This document shows positions 18,723-30,915 of a DNA stretch of 64,000 nucleotides, one piece after another; within the stretch, counting starts at the first letter, position 1; each line of letters begins with the position of its first letter. The position numbers and the translations under genes were made by a program. Source of the DNA: Escherichia coli. Its GTDB lineage: Bacteria > Pseudomonadota > Gammaproteobacteria > Enterobacterales > Enterobacteriaceae. Where the stretch lies: NCBI RefSeq assembly GCF_009931435.1, contig NZ_CP043414.1. The stretch is one strand, 5' to 3'. The notes beneath the pieces were generated by a model. The model saw only the letters and a list, made by a program, of their open reading frames with translations, was not told the origin of the DNA and ran no database searches.

Positions 18723-20186
18723 ATGATAAAGAATAAAGGATTTACCTTACTGGAAGTCAGTATTGTGTTAGGCATTGGAACACTTATCGCTTTTATGAAG
18801 TTTCAGGATATGAGAAACAATCAGGAAGCGGTATTGGCTGATAATGTTGGAACACAGATTAAACAGCTTGGCGAAGCTGTTAACCGCTATATCAGTATTC
18901 GCTATGACAAGATTTCCACACTGTCATCATCCAACAATCAAAGTAGCGATCCGGGGCCAAGAACATGTTCGGCTGCTGGTTGTGAAATCACTTACCAGAC
19001 GTTAATTAATGAAGGTCTGTTGCCTGTCGGCTATACAGGAACTAACGCGCAAAAAGCATCTTACAAGATTGTGTTAAAGCGTTCAGGAACAGCGCCTGAT
19101 TACGTTATTAATGGTCTTATAACAACCGCTAGCCCGTGGGAAGAAGGTGGTCGTATTCGTTATGATCTATTAGGTAAAGCGGTTCAGGCGGCAGGTGTTG
19201 ATGGTGGTATGAGCAGAAACACCAAGATAGCTTCCGGCTATGGTGGTCAGTGGAGTGAGAACTCTAATAGCTACAGCAATATCACGGGTGGTGGATTGCT
19301 GGCTTACCGCGTGGGGTATAACTCTTCAATGTATTCTGTTTATCTGCGTCGTGATGGAACGTTGCCAATGACGGGTGATCTGAATCTTGGTGGGAAGAGC
19401 ATCAAAAACATCAAAGATATGACAGCATCAGGGACAACAACAACCGGAGCACTTAAGACAACGGGTAATGCGTCTGTTGCGTCAGATCTGAGTGTGGGTG
19501 GAACCTCGACCCTTAATGGTCCTGTAAATATCAACAACAACCTGAAAGTAAAATTTGATACCTATCTTAATACGCTATCAACAACAGGTCTGGCGAAGTT
19601 TGGTAGCCGTATTGCGACGAACGGACTTAATCCAAACGATCTGCCCGCTGGCTGGGCTGGCGGTGTTCGCACCTATGATTTGTATGCGTCGGGGACTGTT
19701 GGTGTTGGAACCGGTAAAACAGTTAAAGCTTACATGAACAATGCGGGTAATATTTATGCGTCAGGTAATCTTACCGCCGGGACGATAAAATCCAACGGAA
19801 CAATTGAATCAACAGGCAGAATCAAAGCAGGTGAATATCTCCACCTGAATGGTCAGGCAACGTTGAATGCGAAATGTACGCCTAATGGTTTGGTGGGACG
19901 AGACAGTACAGGTCGAGTGTTATCGTGTGTTAACGGTAAATGGCAGACAGCAAGTGGTGATGGCCTGAAAGGTATTTTTATAACGATAACAGATCAAATC
20001 TCTGGTTATAAATGCGTTATACCGAATAGTGATACTGGAACATGTGCCTGTCCGGGATCAACGTATAGTCCTCAGTTTGGTTATATATCTGGAACCCTTA
20101 TTGCAGAATATAATGAGGAGCGTTGTAGTGGTGGTAGGAATACACATTGTTATAGTAATTTCAGAAGGTTATATGCATGTCGGTAA
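18723..20186 (+). CDS. pilV: Type IV prepilin-like minor pilin/adhesin, PilV-like (487 aa)
   Basis: N-terminus MIKNKG-FTLLEVSIVLGIG (prepilin motif) followed by a large G/T/S-rich, Cys-containing domain. Confidence 0.7.
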   Translation: MIKNKGFTLLEVSIVLGIGTLIAFMKFQDMRNNQEAVLADNVGTQIKQLGEAVNRYISIRYDKISTLSSSNNQSSDPGPRTCSAAGCEITYQTLINEGLLPVGYTGTNAQKASYKIVLKRSGTAPDYVINGLITTASPWEEGGRIRYDLLGKAVQAAGVDGGMSRNTKIASGYGGQWSENSNSYSNITGGGLLAYRVGYNSSMYSVYLRRDGTLPMTGDLNLGGKSIKNIKDMTASGTTTTGALKTTGNASVASDLSVGGTSTLNGPVNINNNLKVKFDTYLNTLSTTGLAKFGSRIATNGLNPNDLPAGWAGGVRTYDLYASGTVGVGTGKTVKAYMNNAGNIYASGNLTAGTIKSNGTIESTGRIKAGEYLHLNGQATLNAKCTPNGLVGRDSTGRVLSCVNGKWQTASGDGLKGIFITITDQISGYKCVIPNSDTGTCACPGSTYSPQFGYISGTLIAEYNEERCSGGRNTHCYSNFRRLYACR

Positions 20187-20221
20187 TCTCGCTATGGATG
20201 ATTTCATAAATTACAGGTAAG

Positions 20222-20239
20222 AAGGGCCGATAGGCCCTT
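20222..20239. terminator. Hairpin between convergent pilV and Lamassu-like operon (aagggcc-gata-ggccctt)
   Basis: Perfect inverted repeat in the 60-bp convergent gap. Confidence 0.45.
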
Positions 20240-20246
20240 TCAGCTA

Positions 20247-21998
20247 TTATGAGGTTTGTAATAAAGAGAAGGCGTCATCCAATAGAATTTTCTCGCTATT
20301 GTTTATCTCTTTATTTAATAGAAATGATCTCACTGATTTTGCATTACCGATACAAATTTGTTTCGCTTTTCCTGCGAAATATTTCTTATTTATTTCATTG
20401 ATATCAAAAAGTGGATTGTCATTAATTTCGTTTTTTTTATATTCTGCTACGGTAAATAGCATTTGCTCATTATTACCAGATTCATTTCCTAAGAACTTAA
20501 AAATAAGATCTCTATTTCCAATATCTATATCTTCTTTGAATATAGCATCTAACAAAAATGGAAATTTATGGATTGTTTTTCTTTTATTGATTAATTTAAT
20601 AAAGGAAAAATGATAAGCCATGATTATTTTATGTAATTCAACCCCTTGGAAGGGGAAGGATGTAATGGAATAAAGATTTTGATACCTTGGATTATTAGGT
20701 ATTATTATCTTCAAAGCTTTTGCTTTTTCGCTGAAAATAGTTAAAAATTCCTTGTCAATGTTGTTTCGGAGAGAGTTAATTTGTGAATCTGTGAGTAGGT
20801 TGTCAATTTGGGTGTTAAGGTTTGATATTTTTTCGACATAATTAGCTTCTTTAATTTTAATATCATTTAAAATGGTGATATTTGCACGGTGATTAACCCA
20901 ATGGTCAAAGTCAATATTTTCGATTCTCGATTCTTTTAACACCTCATACTCAAGCTTTATTTTTTCACTATCGTGTTTGATCTTTCTTTCAACAGAATTT
21001 AATGATGACGAAACATTTTTAATTTCTTCAGTTATACGTTCTTTTTCTCGTAACGCATCGTTAATATCTTGAGTATAGATATATAATTGTCTAAGATCGC
21101 CGGGTAGCGTTTGTTCGCATACAGGACATGTGTCAACGCTGGGTTTTTGAAGTTTTAAATTTCGAATAGTTTGTAAAAGTACTTTTTGACGCCCACGTAA
21201 CATACTGAGTTTATTGCATAGTTTTTCATAATTAGCTTCTTCCGTAATCAGATTTTCTGCTAATATGTTGTATTTTTTTAAGTAATCAATTGCTTCCCCT
21301 TTGAATCGAGACTCTAATATCTCAGAGATTTTAAGAGAGCTATCTTTTGTTTTGTATTGAATTAATTGCTCTCTTTCATATTCAATTTGTTGTTTTTCTT
21401 TTTGCAACATATATTTTTGCAATCTGTCCGTACGATCTTTTATGCCTGCGTAGTAATCAAGGTAGTCATATTTGAAGTCTTTATAAAATCTATAATCACC
21501 TATTGATTCTCTTAGATAAACCCAACCAACAGATTGAGATATATAGAATGGCAAGAATGCAGCTTCTATCGGTGCATCAGTAAACTTAGTTTGGTTCTGT
21601 AATGTTAGATTAAAGTCAAATAAGTGGTTAAATAATTTTTTGTATCTTGCATATTCATATGAGTTATTTCCATTAATGCCATCAAACCGTAGGGGGACTC
21701 TATCATCAATGCGAACGACGAGAGTATCATCAAATCGAACAAATACAACCGTATGAGATGATTTTACTTTTATTATTTCACACTCAAGACGAAAGAGTAC
21801 TCTTTCTGTAAGAATGTCGTGCAAATTTTCTTTGGAATCATTAACACCCATTGTGTACAAAATTGATTGCATTAATGTACTTTTCCCTGATGTGTTCCTC
21901 CCGTGAATAATATTGACTGAGTCACCAAAATCAGTGCAAAAAAAACCTTTATTATTCATAGAGTATGCTAAAATGCTTTTCAGAATTAATTTAGACAT
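20247..21998 (-). CDS. SMC/Rad50-like ABC ATPase with coiled coil and CxxC hook (Lamassu LmuB-like)
   Basis: Walker A GRNTSGKST near N-terminus; long heptad-rich middle; CPVCEQ in mid-protein; start ATG 21998 with GAGGAA RBS overlaps upstream stop (ATGTCTAA). Confidence 0.65.
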   Translation of the reverse strand: MSKLILKSILAYSMNNKGFFCTDFGDSVNIIHGRNTSGKSTLMQSILYTMGVNDSKENLHDILTERVLFRLECEIIKVKSSHTVVFVRFDDTLVVRIDDRVPLRFDGINGNNSYEYARYKKLFNHLFDFNLTLQNQTKFTDAPIEAAFLPFYISQSVGWVYLRESIGDYRFYKDFKYDYLDYYAGIKDRTDRLQKYMLQKEKQQIEYEREQLIQYKTKDSSLKISEILESRFKGEAIDYLKKYNILAENLITEEANYEKLCNKLSMLRGRQKVLLQTIRNLKLQKPSVDTCPVCEQTLPGDLRQLYIYTQDINDALREKERITEEIKNVSSSLNSVERKIKHDSEKIKLEYEVLKESRIENIDFDHWVNHRANITILNDIKIKEANYVEKISNLNTQIDNLLTDSQINSLRNNIDKEFLTIFSEKAKALKIIIPNNPRYQNLYSITSFPFQGVELHKIIMAYHFSFIKLINKRKTIHKFPFLLDAIFKEDIDIGNRDLIFKFLGNESGNNEQMLFTVAEYKKNEINDNPLFDINEINKKYFAGKAKQICIGNAKSVRSFLLNKEINNSEKILLDDAFSLLQTS

Positions 21999-23079
21999 AC
22001 ATTCCTCTTGTCTCAACATATGCAGCTATTATCGCAAATGCAATCATGTGTTTTTCTAACCTTGAATTATATGTGTTAATATAAGTTTGATATAATTCAG
22101 TAATACAATCTGCTTCATCTGTATGTTTATAATCTATTTGTGTGTTTTCTGATACAAATTTATAAATCTTTTTGTATTCTACTTGTTGAAAATCTTTAAA
22201 AAAATCGAAACAGTTATCTAATAATTCTTGCGCTCTTCTTTTTATAGGGAGCTTAATTGATAATCCTTTCGCCAATTTATCTGCATGAGAACGCCAAAAG
22301 TTGAAAGCTTTTTTACTTTCTTGGAACATACTGAATGTTGCATCAATTTTTTGTTTGGTCAAACGCTTTGACCTATCTGTAAGTAAAGCATATCCAGCAT
22401 TATTATATGTTAACTCAACATCTTGCAATAAAGCCATTAGAGTTGTTATTACAGCGTCATGATCACTAACCTTACAACCTAGAACCTCAGTAGATAAACC
22501 TGTTAGCGTTCTTCTCCACCCTTTATAAGTTTGAGGAAGGTCAATGAAACTAAATTTTACATTAGAGAGTTGCTTAAAATCTGCAATTTCTCCATCTATT
22601 AGTTTTGATTGAATGTTTTCTTTGATTTCATCATGTAGATCAGAATAATTTTTAGAGATGTTTGTTACTTGTATTTTTTCTACTTTGCATTTTTTACCTT
22701 TTTCTTTCTTACCCTGAAGTATAATATTTCGATTTGTCAAGAAAGATAGAGTGTGTTTGTAATCATCAGATTTGGGGTGTTTATCGTTGATAAGTTCATT
22801 TCCAACAAGCGATATTTTTCCGATGATCTCACAAAATTTTTGATCCGTTTTCCAGTCATCTCTTGATTTTTTAGCTTGATAAGTATCAATGCGACTAATG
22901 TCACCATTTTCATCAACAAAGGCAAAAAGAAAATCTTCATGGTGTTCAACACATATAAAATAATCTAGCAATGGAGAGTTTAGTTTTTCGTAATCATCAA
23001 AAAGAAGGTATACAACACAACAACGTTGGAATGTATATCCTGAGCCTCCCTCAACTCCTGAGTTGACGCTTTCTGACAT
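21991..23079 (-). CDS. Mrr-like PD-(D/E)xK nuclease-domain protein (Lamassu LmuA-like effector, putative)
   Basis: N-terminal GYTFQ ... VEHHEDFLFAFVDENGD ... IDTYQAKK fits the Mrr-type G-x-x-FE / D / (Q/E)-x-K pattern; translationally coupled to the downstream ATPase. Confidence 0.5.
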   Translation of the reverse strand: MSESVNSGVEGGSGYTFQRCCVVYLLFDDYEKLNSPLLDYFICVEHHEDFLFAFVDENGDISRIDTYQAKKSRDDWKTDQKFCEIIGKISLVGNELINDKHPKSDDYKHTLSFLTNRNIILQGKKEKGKKCKVEKIQVTNISKNYSDLHDEIKENIQSKLIDGEIADFKQLSNVKFSFIDLPQTYKGWRRTLTGLSTEVLGCKVSDHDAVITTLMALLQDVELTYNNAGYALLTDRSKRLTKQKIDATFSMFQESKKAFNFWRSHADKLAKGLSIKLPIKRRAQELLDNCFDFFKDFQQVEYKKIYKFVSENTQIDYKHTDEADCITELYQTYINTYNSRLEKHMIAFAIIAAYVETRGMYV

Positions 23080-23348
23080 TTTTTGTTGCCCCTGTTAATC
23101 AAATCATAGCGTAAATCTATTAATACATATTTAACATTGGCTTTATGTATGAAATACGCATTCTCCTTAGCTAAAGGATATTATAAAGTGGACTAAAAAT
23201 CATCTAACACCTTGCAAAATGTGAAGTTTTTCTTCATGTAAAACTCATAAATAACGTTACTATTCTGTTAGTAACGAAATAATCGGGAAACTTGCTATTT
23301 ACGGTTTACAGGAATCTTAATCAAAGTTGTGTAAAAGTTTAATCTTAC

Positions 23349-23606
23349 TTATTGAGCAAATTCAAACTGCCTGACCATCCCATCCCGGTTAGCATCAAGA
23401 AAATCTGCCCACCACTGTAGCATTAACCTTCGCTGCTCAAGATGCTTGGCCTTATGGGTATAGGCAGCACGAACACTGTTGCTTTCCTTGTGGATCATCT
23501 GGAGTTCCACCGCATCTTCAGACCATAGCCCTGATTTAATCAGAGCACTACATGCCAGTGTGCGGAAACCATGACCAGAGATGTCCTGTGTGGTGTCATA
23601 GCCCAT
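23349..23606 (-). pseudogene. C-terminal remnant of a second P4-type tyrosine integrase
   Basis: 85-aa ORF aligns with the last ~80 residues of the adjacent intact integrase (…RxxYxHK…LxxRRxMLQWW…) but is divergent from it and lacks everything upstream. Confidence 0.6.
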
Positions 23607-23624
23607 TTATGCATTCTCTTGTTA

Positions 23625-24854
23625 TCAAGCAGCCATAGCCCTATACTTTTGCGCCTTAACGTAATCTCCCCACCATTGCATAAGCACTTCTCGCTCCCCT
23701 AAATATTCAGCTCGATTGTAGGCTGCTATGATTTCAGTGCTTTTGGTATGGGCCAATGCTGCTTCAAGAACTTCTGTTCTGAATTTGCCACTCTCTTCGG
23801 CGGCTGTTCTGGCAATAGAACGCATACCATGAGCTACCAGTTCACCACCCAACCCCATACGAATCAATGCGGCGTTGGCTGTCTGCTCATGCATGTGGGC
23901 CAATGGTGTTTTTATGCTGGGAAATACCCATTCACGATGACCGCTGATAGGCTGCATGTTTTCCAGAATGCGAAGTGCCTCTTTGCTTAATGGCACTTTA
24001 TGAGGCCGTTTCATCTTCATAAACTCTGGTGGGATGTTCCAGATTTTATTCTCTGTATCGATGTCAGCCCAACGAGCACGAACAGCCTCACCGGGGCGAA
24101 CCCATGTCAGCAGTTGCCATTCAATCAGCATACGGGTTTCCAGACGGATGGATGCGTTTGCCAGTGCAATCATAAACCGGGGGATTTCGCTTGGTGGTAA
24201 TGCTGGCATATTTTGTTTTTTGGGCTTACTGAAACGTTGACCAAGGTTGTCGGCTGGGTTGAACTCAATGAGTTCTTCTGTGGCAGCATAGCGAAAAATT
24301 TCATTCAGGCGGGAAATGATGCGACGTAGAGTTTCAAGCACACCCCGTTGTTCAATTGGGTCGAGATGCTGCTTGAGCATTTTGGGGCGGATCTCTTTGA
24401 TAGGGACATCACCCAGAGTGGGAAAGATGTTCCGTTCAAGGCTACGCCAGATGTCTTCTGCATGATCTTGGGATATACCGGAAGTCTTAATCTTTTCATC
24501 CAACCACTTTCTTGCAACAGCCTGTAGCGTGTTTTCAGTCGCATCTTTTAGTGCATTGGCTTTTTCGTTGTTATGGACTTGAGGATCGATACCGTTGGCA
24601 AGTAGGGAGAGATACTCATCCCGCAAAGTTCGTGCCTTAGCCAAGGTAAGGTGAGGGTAGGTTCCAAGACTCATTTTTGTGCGTTTTTTGGTCACTGGCA
24701 CTGAATACCTGAAATACCAGTTTTTCTTCCCTCCTTTTGTGTCTGGCGCTATGCGTAGCAGTAATCCATCTCCATCAAAGAGGTTGATTTCCTTATCGCC
24801 GGGTTTGGTATTTTTGATTTCAGTATCAGTAAGTTTTTTTGCGAGCTTTGCCAT
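23625..24854 (-). CDS. intA: P4-type tyrosine integrase (IntA-like) adjacent to ssrA
   Basis: 409 aa; C-terminal catalytic region ...VAHGMRSIARTA...ALAHT...AAYNRAEY; sits directly downstream of the tmRNA 3' end as in CP4-57. Confidence 0.9.
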   Translation of the reverse strand: MAKLAKKLTDTEIKNTKPGDKEINLFDGDGLLLRIAPDTKGGKKNWYFRYSVPVTKKRTKMSLGTYPHLTLAKARTLRDEYLSLLANGIDPQVHNNEKANALKDATENTLQAVARKWLDEKIKTSGISQDHAEDIWRSLERNIFPTLGDVPIKEIRPKMLKQHLDPIEQRGVLETLRRIISRLNEIFRYAATEELIEFNPADNLGQRFSKPKKQNMPALPPSEIPRFMIALANASIRLETRMLIEWQLLTWVRPGEAVRARWADIDTENKIWNIPPEFMKMKRPHKVPLSKEALRILENMQPISGHREWVFPSIKTPLAHMHEQTANAALIRMGLGGELVAHGMRSIARTAAEESGKFRTEVLEAALAHTKSTEIIAAYNRAEYLGEREVLMQWWGDYVKAQKYRAMAA

Positions 24855-25018
24855 TTGGGACCCTCAAGTTTTGGACCCTTTCCGTTGGGTCCCAAAAAGG
24901 GTGCCATAAGTTGTGGTTCTCAGCAATTCTCCCTGAACTATAGTGAACGTAAAAAAGCCCGCAGAGCTTGTGCTGTGCGGGCTTAGTGAACTTCACTGAA
25001 CGTTAGTGTATCAATATT

Positions 25019-25381
25019 TGGTGGAGCTGGCGGGAGTTGAACCCGCGTCCGAAATTCCTACATCCTCGGTACTACATGCTTAGTCAGTCTTTACATTCGC
25101 TTGCCAGCTGCGGACGGACACGCCACTAACAAACTAGCCTGATTAAGTTTTAACGCTTCAACCCCAGGCAGGGCTTCCACGCGATCTCTTTTGGGTTTGA
25201 CCTCTCTTGATCCCCGTCCTAAGAGCGGAGGCTAGGGAGAGAGGGCTCTAAGCAGGTTATTAAGCTGCTAAAGCGTAGTTTTCGTCGTTTGCGACTATTT
25301 TTTGCGGCTTTTTACGAGGCCAACCGCCCCTCGGCATGCACCTTGGGTTTCGCAAATCCCGTCGAATCCAGAATCAGCCCC
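25019..25381 (-). ncRNA. ssrA: tmRNA (SsrA), 363 nt
   Basis: Reverse complement reads GGGGCUGAUUCUGGAUUCGACGGG ... GCAAACGACGAAAACUACGCUUUAGCAGCUUAA (tag reading frame) ... GGUUCAACUCCCGCCAGCUCCACCA. Confidence 0.97.
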
Positions 25382-25595
25382 AATGTGTAACGGTAAGTAT
25401 ACCAGATTCATGAGTGCCATGACCAGCCTCAATGGCGTTATCGTTAAAGATTTAGCACCCGTGTAGCCTGATTTTTATTCGATTAAGCAATGGGATGGCA
25501 ACATTTGGGTCGGATGTGATAGCCAATAAGATGTTCATTCGCGCCGCCGGAGAGGGTGGCGCGGTGAGGAACCGGTCAATAATTGGAGTGCAGAT

Positions 25596-26078
25596 TTAAC
25601 GGTGGGCGTTTTTCATGATACGCGCTTTATCCACCTGCCATTCGCGTTCTTTGATGTCTGAACGTTTATCGTGCTGTTTCTTACCTTTAGCGACGCCGAT
25701 TTTCACTTTGCACCAGGCATTTTTCCAGTACAGGGAGAGCGCCACTACGGTATAGCCTTCTCGATTGACGCGACCGTACAATGAGTCCAGTTCGCGCTGG
25801 TTGAGAAGTAACTTGCGGGTACGGGTAGGATCGCACACCACATGCGTGGATGCCACAGCCATTGGCGTGATGTTAGCGCCAAACAGAAATGCTTCTCCAT
25901 CACGTAGAAGGACGTAGCTGTCGCTGATATTGGCTTTTCCTGCGCGCAGGGATTTAACCTCCCAGCCTTGCAGGGCAAGTCCCGCTTCGAACTCTTCTTC
26001 GATAAAGTATTCGTGACGGGCGCGCTTGTTAAGCGCGATGGTCGCTGAACCAGGTTTATGTGCTTTTTTCTTCGTCAT
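25596..26078 (-). CDS. smpB: SsrA-binding protein SmpB
   Basis: 160-aa product [43 protein letters not shown]... Confidence 0.97.
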
Positions 26079-26209
26079 AAGCGTTGTGAATCATCGGTAA
26101 TCTGAAATCGAAAACACCCCATATCAATCCTGCGGGGGACAAGGCTCTATCTTAGCATGAACCCGATGTTACCCAGCGCCGGGATAGCGTTTTTTTTACA
26201 GCAGGATAA

Positions 26210-26686
26210 ATGATATTATTTGTTGGATTTTTGTTGATGGAAATTGTTATGCCTCAGATTAGCCGGACCGCACTGGTACCCTACAGCGCGGAGCAAATGT
26301 ATCAGTTAGTGAATGACGTTCAGTCTTATCCTCAGTTTTTGCCGGGTTGTACCGGAAGTCGGATTCTGGAGTCCACTCCTGGGCAGATGACCGCGGCGGT
26401 AGATGTCTCTAAGGCTGGGATCAGCAAAACGTTTACTACCCGCAACCAGTTGACCAGTAACCAAAGTATTCTTATGAATCTGGTGGATGGGCCGTTCAAG
26501 AAATTGATCGGTGGATGGAAGTTTACGCCGCTGAGCCAGGAGGCGTGTCGTATCGAGTTTCATCTCGACTTTGAGTTTACCAATAAGTTGATTGAACTCG
26601 CCTTTGGCCGCGTGTTTAAAGAGCTGGCGGCTAATATGGTCCAGGCTTTTACGGTTCGTGCGAAAGAGGTTTACAGTGCCAGGTAA
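26210..26686 (+). CDS. ratA: Ribosome association toxin RatA (YfjG)
   Basis: Product matches the K-12 RatA N-terminus and length (158 aa). Confidence 0.9.
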   Translation: MILFVGFLLMEIVMPQISRTALVPYSAEQMYQLVNDVQSYPQFLPGCTGSRILESTPGQMTAAVDVSKAGISKTFTTRNQLTSNQSILMNLVDGPFKKLIGGWKFTPLSQEACRIEFHLDFEFTNKLIELAFGRVFKELAANMVQAFTVRAKEVYSAR

Positions 26687-26966
26687 AATTGCCGTTGAGG
26701 TGGCTTATGCTCTACCTGAGAAGCAGTACCTGCAGCGCGTGACGCTGCAGGAGGGCGCGACGGTTGAAGAAGCTATTCGCACCAGTGGCTTGCTGGAATT
26801 GCGTACCGATATCGATTTAACTAAAAACAAAGTCGGCATTTACAGCCGTCCGGCAAAACTGAGCGATACCGTGCATGATGGCGATCGGGTGGAGATTTAT
26901 CGTCCTCTCATTGCCGATCCGAAAGAGCTTCGCAGGCAACGAGCAGAAAAATCAGCGAATAAATAA
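26676..26966 (+). CDS. ratB: RatB (YfjF), GTG start overlapping ratA 3' end
   Basis: Product (M)[31 protein letters not shown]... 96 aa. Confidence 0.85.
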   Translation: MPGKIAVEVAYALPEKQYLQRVTLQEGATVEEAIRTSGLLELRTDIDLTKNKVGIYSRPAKLSDTVHDGDRVEIYRPLIADPKELRRQRAEKSANK

Positions 26967-27028
26967 CAGACGTTAAAAAAGGTGCTCATTGAGCACCTTT
27001 TTTAACGTCTTTGAGAGCAACTTTATTA

Positions 27029-27370
27029 TTAGTTACCACTCAGCGCAGGTTTGTTATCAATGTTGGTCAACACCCCGCTACTGTTAAAGGTCAGCGTCAG
27101 CGTTTGCTGCGTTACACCTTCATGACCTGGTTGCTGGCGGAAGACATAGAACCAGGTATTCGTACCAAATGGATCGGACATCAGCGGTGTACCCAATGCG
27201 TACGCAACTTGTTGTTGCGTCATGCCAACACGTATTTTGGATACGTCGTTAGCGGTCAGATAGTTCCCCTGGTTGATGTCAGGACGGTAAACCACTCGCT
27301 CCAGAGTGGAACAGCCTGCGGTCAACATCAATAGTACTGCTGCTGCAGCAGTCAGCGTTTTACAGCGCAT
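27029..27370 (-). CDS. bamE: Outer membrane protein assembly factor BamE (SmpA)
   Basis: 113-aa lipoprotein [38 protein letters not shown]... Confidence 0.95.
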
Positions 27371-27518
27371 AGTGATTTGATTCCTTTTCGGGCCCGAGCA
27401 GTACGTGGCTCATCTGTAATATGCCGATGATAATAGACCTTTCATCACTTTAAAACCTTTTGCTTTCCGGTCTTACGGCGTTTTGCTGTTTACTCTGACC
27501 GTGAAGCAGGAAAAAAGT

Positions 27519-29180
27519 TTACGCCGCAAGCAGTTCTTTCGCATTCGCCAGTGTGTTACGTGTGACTTCACTGCCACCAAGCAGGCGCGCCAGCTCTTGT
27601 AACCGCGCTTTTTTGTCCAGCGACTCCATATGCGTTTCTGTCATCGCACCATCGGTTTCTTTGCTGACAAAATAGTGTTGATGACCACATCCCGCGACTT
27701 GTGGCAGGTGGGTAACACACATCACCTGAGTTGATTCGCCGAGTTGACGCAGCAGTTTGCCGACAACTGCCGCTGTTGGACCGCTAATCCCTACATCCAC
27801 TTCATCAAAAATCAGTGCCGGGGTTTCCATTTTACGCGCTGTGATGACCTGAATTGCCAATGCGATGCGGGACAATTCACCACCAGATGCGACTTTGGCA
27901 ATAGGCTGCATTGGCTGACCTGGGTTGGTGGTTACCCGAAACTCAATACGATCAGCGCCGTCAGCGCCCAAGTGATGCTCGTCAAATTTAACATCAATCG
28001 TAAACTGCCCATGCGGCATAGAGAGTGCATGCATACTATCGGTGATCAGCTGTGCCAACTCATTTGCATAATGCTGGCGTTGCTGGTGTAACGCGCGTGC
28101 CGTTTCCAGTGCTTGCTGATGATGTTTCGTTACCGCCAGCGCGAGCGTTTCTTGTGAGTCGGCCTGATCGTCCAGTTGCTGCTGTTCTTCCAGTAGCGAC
28201 TGGTAATACTGTGGCAATACCTCAGGGCTGACGTGATGTTTACGTGCCAGCGAAATCTGTTTTGAGATGCGCTGTTCAAGTTCAAACAGTCGGTTGGGAT
28301 CGAGATCCAGACGATCGCAGTAGTGGCGTAGTTCGTCGCTGGCTTCAACAATCTGGATGGTAGCTTCTTCCAGCATATCAAGTACGCCGGACAGTTTGCT
28401 ATCCATGCCAATCAATTCGCTCACCAGTTGTTTAGCCGTGTAAAGCTGGCTTTGCAGGTTTGCGTCTTCGCCGTCGGCCATTAATGCCAATGCATTCTGG
28501 CTGGTGGTCAGTAATTGACCGCTGTTCGCCAGACGTTTGTACTCTTCGTCGATTTGCTCAAACTCTCCGGGCTGCGGATTAAATTCGTTAAGTTCTTTTA
28601 ATTGGTATTGCAGCAGTTCCGCACGAGCGGCGCGTTCCTGACTTAACTGTTGATGATGCGCGAGGTCACGGCAGCTCTGATGCCACAACTGATAACGTGC
28701 GGTCATTTCCTGGAGCAGAGAGGTTTCATTGGCATAGCCATCAAGCAGGAATTTTTGGTGCTCGGGTTTGGTGAGTAATTGATGGGCGTGCTGACCATGG
28801 ATCTGAATGAGCAACTGGCCCAGTTCGCGCAGTTGTGACAGTGGAACAGCTGTACCGTTGATAAAACCACGAGAGCGACCATCGCTACTGATTACGCGAC
28901 GAAGCAGGCATTCACGGCCATCTTCCAGTTGGTTTTCTTCCAGCCAGCGCAGTGCTGCGGGTGTATCTTTCAGAGAAAAACGGGCGCACAGATCTGCGCG
29001 AGCAGCTCCGGTACGCACCATGTCGGCTTCAGCGCGACCGCCGAGACAAAGGCCCAGGGCATCTATTGCAATAGATTTACCCGCGCCAGTCTCGCCGGTG
29101 ATTACGGTCATGCCGCTGTGAAAATCAATCTCAAGCTCACGAACGATAGCAAAGTTGCTGATGGTCAGTTGTGCCAACAT
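27519..29180 (-). CDS. recN: DNA repair protein RecN
   Basis: 553 aa; Walker [12 protein letters not shown]-like coiled coil. Confidence 0.97.
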   Translation of the reverse strand: MLAQLTISNFAIVRELEIDFHSGMTVITGETGAGKSIAIDALGLCLGGRAEADMVRTGAARADLCARFSLKDTPAALRWLEENQLEDGRECLLRRVISSDGRSRGFINGTAVPLSQLRELGQLLIQIHGQHAHQLLTKPEHQKFLLDGYANETSLLQEMTARYQLWHQSCRDLAHHQQLSQERAARAELLQYQLKELNEFNPQPGEFEQIDEEYKRLANSGQLLTTSQNALALMADGEDANLQSQLYTAKQLVSELIGMDSKLSGVLDMLEEATIQIVEASDELRHYCDRLDLDPNRLFELEQRISKQISLARKHHVSPEVLPQYYQSLLEEQQQLDDQADSQETLALAVTKHHQQALETARALHQQRQHYANELAQLITDSMHALSMPHGQFTIDVKFDEHHLGADGADRIEFRVTTNPGQPMQPIAKVASGGELSRIALAIQVITARKMETPALIFDEVDVGISGPTAAVVGKLLRQLGESTQVMCVTHLPQVAGCGHQHYFVSKETDGAMTETHMESLDKKARLQELARLLGGSEVTRNTLANAKELLAA

Positions 29181-29209
29181 AGTTGTTTTCCTGTATGAAA
29201 AACCATTAC

Positions 29210-29247
29210 TGATATTGTGTACAGTATAAACTGGTTTTATATACAGT
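29210..29247. promoter_or_regulatory. Two LexA (SOS) boxes in the recN promoter
   Basis: CTGATATTGTGTACAG (29210-29225) and CTGGTTTTATATACAG (29232-29247) fit CTG-N10-CAG. Confidence 0.8.
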
Positions 29248-29265
29248 AAAGAGGCTGGCGTAAAA

Positions 29266-30861
<1,596 letters not shown>

Positions 30862-30915
30862 TTTCTGCTTTCGTAATAAATCACGGCCCAGCATGCGAAT
30901 GCCGGGCCGTTTTCG

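Larger units (their letters stand above)
1..25018. mobile_element. ssrA(tmRNA)-associated genomic island, distal part (left end beyond window); mosaic AT-rich cargo
   Basis: Begins immediately 3' of ssrA with a P4-type integrase adjacent; ypjA and pin remnants occupy the position of the distal end of K-12 CP4-57; cargo between them is unrelated to K-12 and visibly AT-rich. Confidence 0.7.

Noticed and set aside
19900-20250. Shufflon (Rci-mediated invertible segments) at the pilV 3' end
   Set aside because: No 19-bp sfx-like inverted repeats were seen in the pilV 3' region and no rci recombinase gene is in the window.
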